Shown piece by piece: positions 50,923 through 62,907 of a DNA stretch of 64,000 nucleotides; positions within the stretch are counted from its first letter, which is position 1, and every line of letters starts with the position of its first letter. The stretch is from the NCBI GenBank assembly GCA_030390025.1, contig CM059431.1:120406001-120470000 (forward strand), given 5' to 3'. The notes beneath the pieces are model-generated. The model searched no databases, was not told where the DNA came from, and saw only the letters and a list, made by a program, of their open reading frames with translations. The DNA comes from Squalus acanthias. Lineage: Eukaryota. A program made the position numbers and the translations under genes.

Positions 50923-53668
50923 TTGGTTCGGTGTTTACTGTGGAGGACACACACAACCTGCCGGAAATAAAAGGGGTCAGAGGATCTGGTAAGAGGGAGG
51001 AGCTGAGGGAAATCCTTATTAGTCGGGAAAAGGTATTGGGGAAATTGATGGGACTGAAGGCTGAAAAATCCCCGGGGCCTGATGGTCTGCATCCCAGAGT
51101 ACTTAAGGAGGTGGCCTTGGAAATAGTGGATGCATTGACGATCATTTTCCAACATTCCTTAGACTCTGGATCAGTTCCGATGGAGTGGAGGGTGGCCAAT
51201 GTAACCCCTCTTTTTAAAAAAGGAGGGAGGGAGAAAGCAGGGAATTATAGACCGGTCAGCCTGACATCGGTCGTGGGTAAAATGATGGAAGCAATTATTA
51301 AAGATGTCATAACAGACCATTTGGAAAGTGGCGACATGATAGGTCCAAGTCAGCATGGATTTGTGAAAGGGAAATCATGCTTGACAAATCTTCTGGAATT
51401 TTTTGAGGATGTTTCCAATAGGGTGGACAGGGGGGAACCAGTAGATGTGGTGTATTTGGACTTTCAGAAGGCCTTCGACAAGGTCCCACACAAGAGATTG
51501 GTGAGCAAAGTTAAAGCACATGGGATTGGGGGTAATGTGTTGACGTGGATTGAGAACTGGTTGGCACACAGGAAACAAAGAGTAGGAGTAAATGGGTACT
51601 TTTCAGAATGGCAGGCAGTGACCAGCGGGGTACCGCAGGGTTCGGTGCTGGGACCCCAGCTGTTTACATTATATATTAATGATTTGGACGAAGGGATTAA
51701 ATGTAATATCTCCAAATTTGCGGATGACACTAAATTGGGAGGCAGTGTGAACAATGAGAAGGATGCTAGGAGGCTACAGAGTGACTTGGACAGGTTGGGT
51801 GAATGGGCAAATGTATGGCAGATGAAGTACAATGTGGATAAATGTGAGGTTATCCACTTTGGTGGTAAAAATAGAGAGGCGGACTATTACCTGAATGGTG
51901 GCAGATTAGGGAAAGGGGAGGTGCAACGAGACCTGGGCGTCATGGTACATCAGTCACTGAAGGTGGGAATGCAAGTGCAGCAGGCAGTCAAGAAAGCAAA
52001 CGGAATGATGGCCTTCATAGTAAGGGGATTTGAGTACAGGAGTAGGGAGGTGATGCTACAGTTGTACAGGGCCTTGGTGAGGCCACACCTGGAGTATTGT
52101 GCGCAGTTTTGGTCTCCTAACTTAAGGAAGGACATTCTTGCTATTGAGGGAGTGCAGCGAAGGTTCACTAGATTGATTCCTGGGATGGCCGGACTGACAT
52201 ATCAAGAAAGATTGGGTCAACTGAACTTGTATCCTCTGGAGTTCAGAAGAATGAGGGGGGATCTTATAGAGACATTTAAAATCCTGACTGGTTTAGACAA
52301 ATTAGATGCGGGCAGAATGTTCCCAATGTTAGGGAAAACTAGAACCAGGGGTCACAGTCTAAGGATTAAGGGGAAGCCATTTAAGACTGAGCTGAGGAGG
52401 AACTTCTTCACCCAGAGAGTGGTGAATCTATGGAATTCTCTTCCACAGAAGGTTGTTGAGGCCAGTTCGCTAAATATATTCAAAAGGGAGTTAGATATAA
52501 CACTCACAACTAGGGGGATCAAGGGGTATGGCGAGAAAGCAGGAATGGGGTACTGAGGTAGCATGTTCAGCCATGAACGCATTGAATGGCGGTGCAGGCT
52601 CGAAGGACCGAATGGTCTACTCCTGTACCTATTTTCTATGTTTCTATGTTTCTATGTTTCTATGACATTAATAAACTTGCAGAATGGGCATATAATTGAC
52701 CTGTGAAGTTCAACACAGATAAATGTGAAGTATTACATTTTGGTAGGAAGAATAGGGAGGTCACTTATAACTTGGAAGTTGCGACTCTAGGTGGGGTAGA
52801 GGAACAAAGGGATCTCGGAGTACAAATACATAAATCACTAAAAGTTGTGACACAGGTTAGCAAGGCCATATTAAAAAATCAAACCAAGCACTAGGGTTTA
52901 TACCTAAAGGTATAGAATTGAAAAGTAGGGAAGTTATGCTAAACTTGTATCAAACCTTGGTTAGACCACACTTAGAGTGCTGCATACAGTTCTGGTCACC
53001 ATATTATATGAAGGATATAGAGGCACTGGAGAGGGTGCAGAGAAGATTTAAAAGGATGATACCAGAAATGTGAGGGTATACATATCAGGAAAGAATGAAC
53101 ATGCTGGGTCTCTTTTCTCTTGAAAAAAGAAGGCTGAGGGGTGACCTAATAGAGGTCTTTAAAATTATAAAAGGTTTTGATAGAATGGATACAGAGAGAA
53201 TGTGCCACTTGCGGGGAAGAGCAGAACTATAGTCCATCAATATAAGATAGTCACCAAGAAATCCAATAGGGAATTCAGAAGAAACCTCTTTACCCAAAGA
53301 GTGGTGAGAATGTGGAACTCGCTGCCACAGGGAGTGGTTGAAGCAAAAAGTATAGATGCATTTAAGGGGAGGCTAGACAAGCATATGAGGGAGAAGGGAA
53401 TAGAGGGTTAAGCTGAAAGATTTAGATGAGGAAAGATGGGAGGAGGCTCGAGTGGTGCATAAACACCGGCATGGACTGGTTGGGCCGAATGGCCTGTTTC
53501 TGTGCCGTATATCTCTTGTAATCCTATGTAATTTAACAAAAGTTCCCTGTGACATACTATGTGTGTGAGACTTAACAACATGTCTAAATTATCAACCAAG
53601 AAGATCACTGGGATCTCATTAAACCTCATTTGGCTATAAACACTAGAACCTCATAGGATAGACTCCTG

Positions 53669-54486
53669 GGGGGGGATTTTGCCAGCCCTGGGGAGGCAGG
53701 TATGGAGGCGGGACTGATGGGTAAATGGCAGAATCTGGGAGCGGGTACCGAACCCGCTCCCAACCCGCCTCCGTGCCATCGTCCCGGGAGGCGGGTCCCC
53801 GAGTCGCGCAGGGACCCATCTCCTCGAGGCGAGAAGGGGATTACAGCCAATTAACTGCCTGTTAACAGGTAGTTAACAGGCAGTTAAGAGGATTATCCCC
53901 ATTTTACCCACACAAGACGGCTGTGAACCTCGCCAGGGTCAGCGAGACGAGCAGTGGGTTTGCGGGGGTGAGAGGGGTCGAAAAGTCCACTGTGGAGGTG
54001 AGTGATGGGTGCAAGTGTGGAGAGGTAAGTATGGGAGGTGAGTGTAAAGTGTGAGAAAAAGTTTACTTAACTTTGCTACTTCCTGCAGGCTTCAACCCTT
54101 GGGGATCCGGAGGCTCCTCATCTCAATGGCAGAGATGACAGAATGGCTGCTGCATTCTCCGATGCAACAGCCATCTGATTTCTGCTAAAGAAAGAGGATT
54201 GGTGAGTCTTCAGTACAAGGACTCACCAAAGAACAGAGATTGTCAGTGTTTGACAGCTTCTCAAAGCTGTCAAACGTTGACATTTCATCTGTCAAACATT
54301 TTTGACAGATAAAACGTTATACGCTGACATGCTCTGTCACCGGCTTTCCCTTAATTGGCCTGCGGGCTTAACAAGGTCAATCAAGGGAAAATAGCATGGG
54401 TTGGCCAGACGTCGTTGGGGGCGGGACTGAAACCCGACAACCAGCAGTCCCGCCCCCAACGCATCCCCATTGATATAACCCAGCCC
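53669..54486 (+). mobile_element. Non-autonomous Harbinger-type element (~818 bp), palindrome-rich family
   Basis: Degenerate GGGCTGGATTTT-type TIRs; CTG on both flanks; collinear with 55762-56605. Strand is arbitrary. Confidence 0.78.
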
Positions 54487-55611
54487 CTGGATGCCTGATT
54501 GGAGATCCAGGTCTGAGTTGAAAATCTTTAGAAAAAGCTATGGTGGGATTACTATGAGTTTGGACCATGGGAAGTGTCAGCAAAAGGGTATGGCCAGGAG
54601 AGCAGAAGAGAACAAGAAGGAAGCAGAGAGTAAAACTGGTGCAGTGAAAGAAATGGATAACAGTGTAAGAAGTAAAGGATCATTCAGAAGAGAAACAGAG
54701 AAAGATTGAGATCTGAAACTGTTGCAAAAAAGATGGAAGTGAATAGAAAAAAACTCAGGATTTCAATGTAATCAGAGACCAATGAAAAGAAGGTATGGTA
54801 AGTAACAGTAAAGAGGTGTAGTTGGAAGAAAAGTAGCACAGGACTAAGCATTGGATATGTAGGATTATTTTGTTTCAAAAACGTTTTAGATTTTTGAAGC
54901 ATATTCATTATTTCTAAATTAATTCAATTTATGATTACAATTCAAAATATGGATATTCATAACAAAAAGTTACATTTTGGCCCATATTATGATAATTTGG
55001 GTTCATCTATATAAAGCTCCTTTAGAAAATGGTACCATGCTTGCACAAAGGAACAATTTGTTCTTTTGTGGTCATTCTGTACTTTCACTTCTATTTAGTA
55101 GTTTGCAGGTACATGCTGTCTGCAAGGTAGCATATTAAAAGCTGGAACAGAAAAAAATCTTCAAAGGCAGGTTGTGTTTATTGTATTTCCCCATATTTCC
55201 TTGCAAATCTTTGCTCTACATTGTTCCTGTTGTAGCATAATGACTCTCTCGGGTTTCCTCACAGTTTAGTTGCTCTCTCATCTTCAGTACTGATGTTTTA
55301 AATGCGTACTTTGAATTCCTATTTAAAGTATCTGAATTCTGAATGTTGGTCAACATCTGAATCTGAGGTGCATATGAGTTTTAATCCCTTTTAGAAATGT
55401 AAACAAGAGAAGAAAACAGTTTTTTATTCAGACATTTGAGTTGCTCCAAGTTTAACTAGAGCCAAAACAAGTGCACTGAAGTTTCCATCAAATCAAGTCA
55501 AAACTTGATTTAGCTCCAAAATGTTTTGGCTCAGAGTCAGATTACGATTCTAGAAAATGTCACCTCTAGAATTAACTCATTTAGTAAAGCAGAAATTACA
55601 AAAGAAAGGAA

Positions 55612-55752
55612 GACTTGCATTATATAATGCCTTTCATGCCCTTAGGATGTCCCAAAGTGCTTTACAGCCAATGAAGTACTTTTGAAGTGTAGTCACTGTT
55701 GTAATGTAGGAATTGTGGCAGCCAATTTGTACACAGTAAGATCACACAAACA
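55612..55752 (-). mobile_element. DeuSINE-like (SacSINE1/AmnSINE1-type) SINE 3' fragment
   Basis: - strand CCTACATTACAACAGTGACTACACTTCAAAAGTACTTCATTGGCTGTAAAGCACTTTGGGACATCC..GAAAGGC..TATATAATGCAAGTC. Family name is from recall. Confidence 0.7.
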
Positions 55753-55761
55753 AGACAGTAT

Positions 55762-56605
55762 GGGCTCAATTTTCACTGGCCCGTGGAGGCGGGTTTGGAG
55801 GTGGGAGTGGTGTGAAAATAGCAGATTCGGGGGTCCCGAACCCATCCCGCCCCCAACCCGCCTCCATGCCAGTTTCCCAGGAGGCGGGTACCCGACCTGT
55901 GCTGGGACCCGCCTCCCCGAGGTGGGAAGGGGATTAGTGCCAATAAACTGCCTGTTAACAGGTAGTTAACAGGCAGTTTTTTGCCTAATCCCTATTTTTA
56001 GCCCTGAAGTGTGGGCTTCCCGACAGGTCCAAACCACGCCGATTTAGCGAGGCGGACCGTCGGTCTGGAGGGCTTGGAGGGGTCGAGATGTTCGGTGTGC
56101 AGGTGAGTGATGGGTGCATGAGTGCAGAGGTAAGTGCGTTTGGTGTGTGTAAAGTGTTTTAAGAACTTTTACTTACCTTAACTTTGTCCTGCAGGCTAGC
56201 TTCCTTAAGGTGTCGGGAGTCCCTCACATCCACGGCACAGAAAGCAGAATGGCCGCGGAGCTGTCAAAAGCTGCAGTCTCTGCTTTCTGTGCTGGATTGA
56301 TTTCTAACTGAGTCTAAGTACAGGGACTCAAGTTAGAAATCATATTGTCAGTGTTTGACAGCTTCACAGAGCTGTCAAACGCTGAAATTTCATCTGTCAA
56401 AAGCTCTTGACAGATGAAATTTCAATGGCTGACGTCACCTGTATCCAAGGGACCCTTGATTGGCCTACTAAGCCCGCTGGGCGGGCTTAACAAGGTCAAT
56501 CAAGGGAAAATACAGTGGGTTGGCCACAAGTCGATGGAGGCTGGACTAAAACCCAAAAAGTGGGAGTCCCGCCTCCATCACGTTCCCATTGACAAAATCC
56601 AGCCC
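55762..56605 (+). mobile_element. Non-autonomous Harbinger-type element (~844 bp), palindrome-rich family
   Basis: TIR GGGCTCAATTTT / AAAATCCAGCCC; TAT on both flanks. Confidence 0.82.
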
Positions 56606-56653
56606 TATGACTCATTTCTAAGTCGAGATACACCAGGATTTGACATTACTTTA

Positions 56654-56866
56654 ACAAAAGCAAAATACTGCAGCTGTTGGAAATCTGAAATAAAAACAAA
56701 GAATGCTGGAAGCACTCAGCAGGTCAGGCAGCATCTGTGGAGCGAGAAGCAGAGTTAACATTTCAGGTTAATGACCTTTCATCAGAACTTTCACCGACCT
56801 GAAACTTTTACTCCATTTCTCTCTCTACAGATGCTACCTGACCTGCTGAGTGTTTCCACCGTTTTC
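56654..56866. mobile_element. ORF-less PLE derivative: two inverted pLTR pieces with a decayed hammerhead
   Basis: 56654-56790 (-) plus ~56795-56866 (+); 12-bp TSD GACATTA(C/T)TTTA at 56642-56653 and 56867-56878. Confidence 0.82.
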
Positions 56867-56982
56867 GACATTATTTTACTGCATTTAAGATAATGATGAC
56901 CTTGGGTACCATAGTTATCCTTTTCACGTCAGATTCACATTCGACGGTGGCGCAAAATGGGCAGTAGCGGATCAGCCACATT

Positions 56983-58076
56983 GGGGGGAATTTTAACCCC
57001 AAAAAAAAATGGGTGGATTGGGAGCGTGGGAGTAGTTAAAGTGTTAAATATGTGAATCCTGACCTGAACCTGAGGTAGAAGATCAGCCATGATCTTATTG
57101 AATGACGGAGCAGGCTCAAGGGGCCGAATGGCCTACTCCTGCTTCTATTTCTTATGTTCTTATGAACCTGCCTCCTACCCGCCCAGTTCCAGTTTTAATG
57201 GAGGCGGGATGGGGGCGGGCAGCCAACCCGCTGCCAGGAGGCGGGCGGTCTATTTTAATATTATAATGAGGCTGGAAACCTCTTCTTTAACCTCCATTTT
57301 GTGTTTAACTGTAGCTGGTTGGGTTTTGCACACTTCGTAAAACCCGGCAGCTACAGCAAAGCAAGGACTGCTGCATCCAGGAGGTAAGTGCCTTTGCACT
57401 AGCCTCCTGGATCCAGGGTCCCTGCCTAACCCGCTTCCCACGATTGGAGACCCTCCCCATAAGGCTTCCAATCACCCACCACCCCCGCCCTCCCCCACGA
57501 GGCCACCAATTCCCCTCCCCTCCAGGCCTCCGATGCCTCCACCAGGCCTCCCCCACCCTGCTCCTCCAAGCCTTCCCAATGCTGCTCCCAGCCCATGATC
57601 TTCTGCAGACCACCCCACCCCTGCTCCTCCGGCCACCCCGTGGGCCATCGCCCCCGATCTTCTGCAGAGCATCCCCCCTCGTGCTTTCCCAGCCCGTGAT
57701 CGATCATCAACCCTCCTCCCCTGTGCTCCTCCGGCCACATCCTGGCCCGTGATCATTTTTGTACTCGCCCTATGCTCAGCCGGCCATTTCCTGGTCCGTG
57801 ATTGTCTTCGGACCCCACCCTGTGCTCCTCCAGCTGACCCCGGCCCCCATGTGATCCCTCCTTCCCTCCTCTGTGCAGCCTAGTGCAGGTCTACCCACCA
57901 GGGGCCAGCCAGCCTTTCAATCTGACTGGTTGCGGGTCGGAAATAGAGGCTTCCTATGCAAATCAGGCCCTGCCGTTAAAGTCGGCAGGGCCTGCGGGAA
58001 ACCCATTCTCCCGTGTTTCCCAACCTCTTCGGAGACCCCCCACCCCTAACCCGTCTTCCCCATTAAAATTCAGCCC
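56983..58076. mobile_element. Harbinger-type non-autonomous element containing a CR1 3' fragment (~57071-57162) and C-rich degenerate repeats
   Basis: TIR GGGGGGAATTTTAA / TTAAAATTCAGCCC; ATT on both flanks; TGAACCTG duplicated around the CR1 piece. Confidence 0.8.
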
Positions 58077-59309
58077 ATTGACTCAATGGAATGTAAAACT
58101 GGATGTAATGTATAATGGGCAACCAATTCAATACCGCAAAAGTTGAATTTTACTGTCGCACATTCCATGGAAGTCATTTCCATTAATCTTGGATGTATAA
58201 TGTTTCTAGTCAATGTATTCTGAATTTTCAGATCCTATTAATCCTTCAGTTTGCAGACTATCAACTTGAATGCTCTGAGCAGCATTATAAGATTCCTTAG
58301 GTCTGCAAAGAATATGATTGGTTATTATAAATACAATGGTTTATAACTAATTCCTTAGTAGTGTATTTAAGTACTTGCGCTGATATGACCTCACCAAAAA
58401 AAGGGCACACAGATTGATATTATACTTAATCTTGATGGAGTCCTATACCAGACCAATAACACAGATACACTGACAGAACAATGCTAGCAACCATTTTTTC
58501 ATCAAATAGCCAGATGTTAATGGTTTTCAAAAATGATTGTTGTCACAATAATGGATTCCACTGCAAACATTATGCATTAATAGCTTTTAATTATGATTTT
58601 CCATTTAGGTTATGCATTGCTCAGTTTATACTTGAGAATATTCTAATAGTCCTAAGCCTGTTCAAATGGAAGGCAGACAGTTTACAAAACGAGCACTGAA
58701 TATTCAGCAAGTGTCACTAAATTAAACAGTCATCCCAAAGGGAAAGAGAAAAATCTTCAACCAAGTAATGCAAGAATCTAATTTGTTTCACTCTGTATTT
58801 TATTTAATGTTTCAGAATCATTATGGGAATATCTAGTGTCAGTTTTCAGTAGCAAGCATATTTCCAAAAACTAGAATTGCATAGGGATTTTGAGTTGCAA
58901 TCATCAGTTTCTAAATGCATTAATGTAGCCAGTACTGGTCATAACCCACCAAAATTAAATTTCCAGGTATGTAATGGGAATAAAGCAAACTATGCATTCT
59001 GAAAAATACTGAATGTGTGTCCTGGGAGTAACCAGAGGTTATGGAATCAAGGGCAAGCTAATATTAATATTCCACAATACAAAGCCTTCATAATTAATCT
59101 GATACAGTTACAATAAGCCTTATTTTGTTTTAAGTAGTTCAATATAATAATGAACCCACATGTGAATAGGACATAACTAATCACTTGTAACTTAACACAC
59201 ATATTTTGAATTCAACAGCTACAGTGAGCAACATCAAAGTTTAGGCAATGCAGTGCGATAGCATATTTTCCTTTCACCCGTGGATCAGCTCCGACTAATG
59301 GGACAAAAT

Positions 59310-59916
59310 AGGCTGGATTTTGATACTGGGGCGGGTTGGGGTCATGTCATCCACTTTTCGTGTTATCCACCCGACTGCAATTGGATGTGGGAGATTGATG
59401 CAATTTTCACCTAATTGGGCAATTGAGTTCCAGCATGTGGGAACCCATGAACCAATTAGTGTTTTCAGTCTGAAAGTCGCCTCTGATGATGTCATCATTG
59501 CTGCTGCATTGAAGGTCTGCAAAGACTGCCTGGCCTTTGCTGCGAGAGGACCTGGATGCAAAATGATGAGCAGCAGCGAGAGAGAGAGAGAGAGAGAGAG
59601 ATCCAGCCAGCCAAATGTGCTCCCACCAGGTTTCACAATCGTGGTTCAGAACAGGCGTGCTTCACGTAGAACAAGGGTTAAAATCACAAAGGCCTTTCAA
59701 AATGGCATTATAGAGCCAATTTAGTGCTTGTTAAGGACTTTAACAGCCTATCCCGTCTCTTAAAGGCGGGACGCAGTCGGGACCAGCAGACACGATTGAA
59801 TGAAAATTGCGTGGAGGCGGGATGGAGGCGGACGTGTGCCCGCCTGCCAGTTTTCGCAATTTTAACGCCCCACACACCTCCAAACCCGCCTCCACGGGTC
59901 AATGAAAATCCAGCCC
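59310..59916. mobile_element. Harbinger-type MITE (~607 bp)
   Basis: TIR GGCTGGATTTT / AAAATCCAGCC; AAT on both flanks; right ~100 bp resembles the reverse complement of the 55762 left end. Confidence 0.8.
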
Positions 59917-60051
59917 AATGTCTCCACCCTGCTAGGTGTAAAGTTCTGAAGTGAAATGAGTTCACAAAGTCTTAACTTGGCCCCCAGTTGATATATGTCC
60001 AAAAAAAGTGCAATACAGAACTAATTCACACAAAACAATAGTTTCATTCAA

Positions 60052-60315
60052 GGGCAATTTTAACCCTACTCGCTCAGCAGAGACCTGGCCGCTGGGCAGT
60101 TAAAATCGCCTAGGCTCTTAACTGTCCGAAAGCTGCGATGATTACAACATCTGACAGTTTAACCTGCTCCTGAGCAGGCAGCAAGGACACGCGCCCGGAG
60201 CCAACAGGATCCTTCTTTACACATGCATGTTGTGGCCCGATGACATCATTGAGACCCGACTGTAATTTTAACTCAGGCCTGAGCAGGCAATCCACCTGGA
60301 GTTAAAATCGGGGCC
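60052..60315. mobile_element. Possible short MITE
   Basis: ATTTTAAC / GTTAAAAT inverted motifs at the ends and internally; no clear TSD. Confidence 0.4.
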
Positions 60316-60743
60316 ATAGCACGAATGGTATGGAACTGAAAGGGACACACTGGTGCACTCGAGGGTTTCCTTCAAGGCTGTTGTTGTGCATTATTATGGC
60401 AGATTAGCCAAGTAGCCAGATTGCATGGCTTTTCTTTTTGGGAAGTAAGATTTTTGTGCCCGTCAAGATAAAGGCCGCAAATTTATTGGAGGAGGCGGGT
60501 TGGAGTTGGGTTGCCTGGTGGACGGGTTCCGGTCCCGCTGCCAGTTTCAGCCACTCCCGATTTCTGATTTTGGTTTAATTGACCTAATTTGTCCCATCGT
60601 GCGCGCTGCCCAGTCCAATGAATGGGAGCAGGTCTGCTTCTCTCCACTGATGACGCCATTGCTATAGTTGTTTTTAAGGGGTCCATGTAGCCTCAGCCTC
60701 TCATTTCTCCTGTCTGCTGCTGTTTGAATCGGCCCAGGTTACA

Positions 60744-62624
60744 ATGACTGCTGCCAAAGCCAAGGCTGCTCCAAGGTTCACTGAGGACTCCCTCCAAGCT
60801 CTTGAGAAGGGAGTAAGAGGGTGCAGGGAGATTCTGTTCCCTCCCGATGGCCGGAGGAAACCTCCTCAGCAAACACTAGTCAGTCTAGCTGCAAATTGCT
60901 GAGGAGGTCAGCGCAAGGTCCTTATGTTCACGCACTTGGGTCCAGTGCCGGAAAAGATTTAATGATCTTCTGAGATCATCAATAGTGAGTATCACATCAC
61001 ACTTACCTTCAATCTGCTTCCCTTCTCTTCTCATTACCAGCACTCTGCTTTGTAAGTCTACTCCTCCACATCCCACCTTACCCTTACCTCCCTTGCACCC
61101 TTACCTATCCATCTCTCTCTCTGTACTCAATCACTTCACCATCCTACTATGTACCCCTCACACTCGCTCTCACTTTTATGCCATGACAACAACTAACAAT
61201 GCACAGGGAGGCAGCTTCCTCTTGGCACCTCATTCCATCTTGGTCTCCCTCTAATTTTCTATGTTATGGATTCTTCACAGTCACTCCATCACTCTCACTG
61301 AAACTTCACTTGTGTCCCTCCTTGCAGGAAAAGATAGCCCACAATAAGAGGGAGAGAGCATCGACAGGAGGAGGCCCACCATCCCTGGCGACATTGACAA
61401 GCGCTGAGGAGGCTGCTCACGAGATCGTGGGAGGTGGCGAGGAGCTGGAAGTGGGGGACGGAGAGACGGGTGCACTAGACGAAGCTGGTGACCGAATATA
61501 TTTTCAAACCTCTCATTTAGATTTGATGATTGACTGCAATGGCATATGATGTTCATACAGATTGACTTTTGAACATCTGCACAACAGGATGTGTCTGCTA
61601 CTTAAAAATCAGATGTCTAACTCATGCCTTTACTCTCCCACAGGACCATCGAGAGCCCCCTCCCCACTGTCCAGGAGAAAGAGCCGGACGACTCCTCAGA
61701 GGAACCTGCAGCCTCTGAGAGAGCAGCGTCACCAGGACTCAGCGCACCCAGCACAAGCGCAGAAACGCACACCTCGGTGGGACCTTCGGGAGATAGAGTA
61801 GTGTTGTCACCTGGTGTATCACAGCTCACAAGTGAGCATCAGCAGATGGTGGAGACAGCGACAGCAGTGGAGAGTCCTCGTCGGAGGGCGCAGGAGGCTC
61901 CTAGCTCTGCTCAGCTGCGTGTAGAAGCTGTGCATCTGGGGCAATCCACAAAGAGAGTGGTGCTGGAACTCCAGGAACAAGTGCAGGAGTCTTTGACAGG
62001 ATTTGCATCCAAGGTAAGTGCGAGTGTGCAGAGAATGGAGGAGTCCATCTCAAACATGAACACTGCCTTTGTGGAGGGTGGCAACCTCCATGGAGGACAT
62101 AAGTCACCAGACTCAGAGGAACATGGTGACTCTGCTAAATAGATTCTGCTATGGAGGATAGATGAGCATCTATTGAGGAGAGAGACCAGAGGTACATGGA
62201 CATCCCCGTTATGAGGATTGTCAGTACAGAGATGGGTCCTCATGGCCCCACTGATGTGCAACAAGGTGCTCTCCAGCAACTTGCTAGCACTGAAATGCAG
62301 GTGACTCATGAGAGGGATGTTGGTGGCAGACAACAAGGAAGTGTGAGCTCCTCTCCAAGCACTAACACGACCATGCCACTGCGGAGCCCTCGGTCAGAGC
62401 CCCAGATTCCTCACCCAACTGAGATGGCCGTCTCAGCCCCTGCACAGCCGCAGGAAGAGCAGACTGTGGAGGAGCCCTCCCAGGCTCCCAAACCCAAAGG
62501 ATGCCCGCCAAAGGTTTCTAAGCAGGCGCAGCATCAAAATGAGCAAGGTGCCTCTACATCTGCTGAAGCCACAGGGGAAGCACCATGTAGAAGCACGCGT
62601 AAGAGGAAGTTAGCACTCAACTAG
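60744..62624 (+). pseudogene. Myb/SANT-like gene, exons ~60744-60984, 61328-61487 and 61644-62624, few frameshifts
   Basis: MTAAKAKAAPRFTEDSL..RTWVQCRKRFNDLLRSSI|GTGAGT; CAG|EKIAHNKRERASTGGGPP; predicted coiled coil; C-terminal RSTRKRK. Confidence 0.9.
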
Positions 62625-62907
62625 TCACAAGGGTAGTCACTTGGGTATTTTGTTCTGTTGTAAAGTATCGATTGTCATCCTTATTGTGATACGATAAAAC
62701 AAAAGTGATGGCAAAGAGTTGAGGTTCTGACCTATTTTTTTCTGAGAAATGGAAGTTGCACAGTGAGGGCTCAGGGCGACTTGCATTTGTAATGATGGTG
62801 CTGAGCGTGATAAGAAAGCACGTTTGGAGAGATGATGTATGGCGCATTAAGAAGGTCGTCCACACATTCATAGCCATATGCCAGCCACCTGTGGTTGAAG
62901 CGTAAGC

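Larger units (their letters stand above)
49897..52556 (+). pseudogene. CR1 ORF2 (partial APE endonuclease plus complete RT), open except for one 110-bp insertion
   Basis: ORFs 49945-50826 and 50904-52556 fall into one frame (NKYFGS-VFTVED) when the 100-bp insert and one 10-bp TSD are removed; FADD, GVPQGSVLGP and AFDKVPH motifs intact. Confidence 0.95.
49793..52663 (+). mobile_element. Young CR1 LINE nested in the older CR1
   Basis: GACA TSD (49789-49792 / 52664-52667); (TTTCTATG)n tail; 105-bp non-ORF2 leader joined to the middle of the endonuclease. Confidence 0.95.
48505..53530 (+). mobile_element. Older CR1 LINE (48505-49792 and 52664-53530), internally deleted, hosting a younger CR1
   Basis: APE endonuclease motifs (GVVYRPP, IMGDFN, LLDLV) and RT motifs (QHGF, AFDKVPH, GVPQGSVLGP, FVDDTK); LQED|INKLAEWA joins across the insertion with GACA duplicated. 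Confidence 0.92.

Noticed and set aside
50904..52556. 550-aa ORF as a host gene or a prokaryote-type reverse transcriptase system (retron, DGR, group II intron)
   Set aside because: It is the RT part of a CR1 ORF2 with a CR1 3' tail and TSD. Its apparent start lies inside the PLE insert.
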